Source: Podarcis bocagei (lineage: Eukaryota). Taken from it: a stretch of 64,000 nt of DNA. Of the stretch, positions 63,210-64,000 are shown one piece after another. A model generated the notes under the pieces. That model saw only the letters and a program-made list of their open reading frames with translations, made no database searches and had not been told where the DNA came from. The stretch lies in assembly GCA_964188305.1 (NCBI GenBank), contig OZ076885.1; one strand, written 5' to 3'. Made by a program: the position numbers and the translations under genes. Each line of letters starts with the position of its first letter. The stretch's first letter is position 1.

Positions 63210-63932
63210 AGATGACTTCCAAACAATCGATTTATTGAGCATTTATCCTGATTTGTTCGCACAAAGTTTGTGGGAAAGTTATACAAGGGCGGCTGTTTAT
63301 TGAGCAGCCATCCCAATTTCCTTGTAGGGAAGTTATATGACATTGTATGAAGCAATTGTCATCCCCCATTTTCCAGTGCATTTTCCCATTGCTTTCCTTA
63401 CTGGAAAAAAAATCAGATTCTTTTTCTGGGAAGAAGATTTGTTGCGCAAGAATGCCAAATCCATTTTAACAACCTGAATCTGCCAGAATTCACTTAAATC
63501 CTACCCAAAAAATAGTGGCAGTCTGGAAGTGCCCTTATAGTCTTTGCCCCCCCCCTGCTCCCCCCCCCGGCTTATTGACCATTCACCCAGATTTGTTTGC
63601 ACAAAACTTGCATGGAGGTTATACAATGTCTATCCTTTACTGAGCATTCATTCTGATTTGTTTACGGGGAGGTTATATGGCAATGAGTAATCATCCCATT
63701 GCACAGACACCATATATCTTACTATCAATCACGTATCTAACAATTTTTTTACTGCATTTCCCCTTCACTTTCCTAGTCACAAAACCCTCAAGTTGTTTTT
63801 TTTTAAAAAAGTGGATTTGTTGCATCAGAGTGACAGAACACTTTAATCCGCTTTAATTGCACAAACCTATATTTCCAGTATGCGACTGATTTAATTTCTT
63901 GCACAAAACACTGACAGCCTGGAGGCGACCCC
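63210..63932 (+). repeat. Two adjacent diverged copies of an old ~330-bp repeat (probable MITE)
   Basis: TTATTGA.CATT.A.C..GATTTGTT.GCACAAA..TTG..G.A.GTTATACAA at 63233 and 63572; both copies end near CAG(T/C)CTGGA.G (63520, 63917). Confidence 0.6.
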
Positions 63933-64000
63933 AGACTCTTTCCCATCCACCTCCTATTCGAAGAGAGAAAGTACTCAAGTGGGCAGTTAATAGCTCATAA

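Overview
This is vertebrate genomic DNA, most likely from a lacertid-type squamate lizard; I infer this from Sauria/Squam-type SINEs, CR1 and L2 LINE fragments and the MITE families present. It looks intronic or intergenic, with one 226-nt assembly gap. I can support no intact host protein-coding gene, and nearly all ORF-track entries look like chance ORFs or transposon relics. The window is a mosaic of non-autonomous DNA transposons (hAT with 8-bp TSDs, Tigger/pogo-like and Tc2-like TcMar with TA TSDs, PIF/Harbinger-like fold-backs), SINEs (tRNA- and 5S-derived), LINE fragments and one solo LTR. Several AT-rich, repeat-free blocks look like cis-regulatory DNA. The most notable structures are: (i) a 1.49-kb TSD-flanked composite hAT element carrying a transposase C-terminus fused to a CR1 3' fragment, an unknown duplicated segment and half of a Tc2-like MITE; (ii) a Tc2-like MITE whose interior is an array of ~88-bp GC-rich hairpin units; (iii) a TTAGGG-bearing hAT MITE inserted into the TIR of another MITE; (iv) two isolated candidate small exons (30 nt on +, 65 nt on -). 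None of this demonstrates a new biological system; these are leads only. Family names come from remembered consensus patterns, not database searches.
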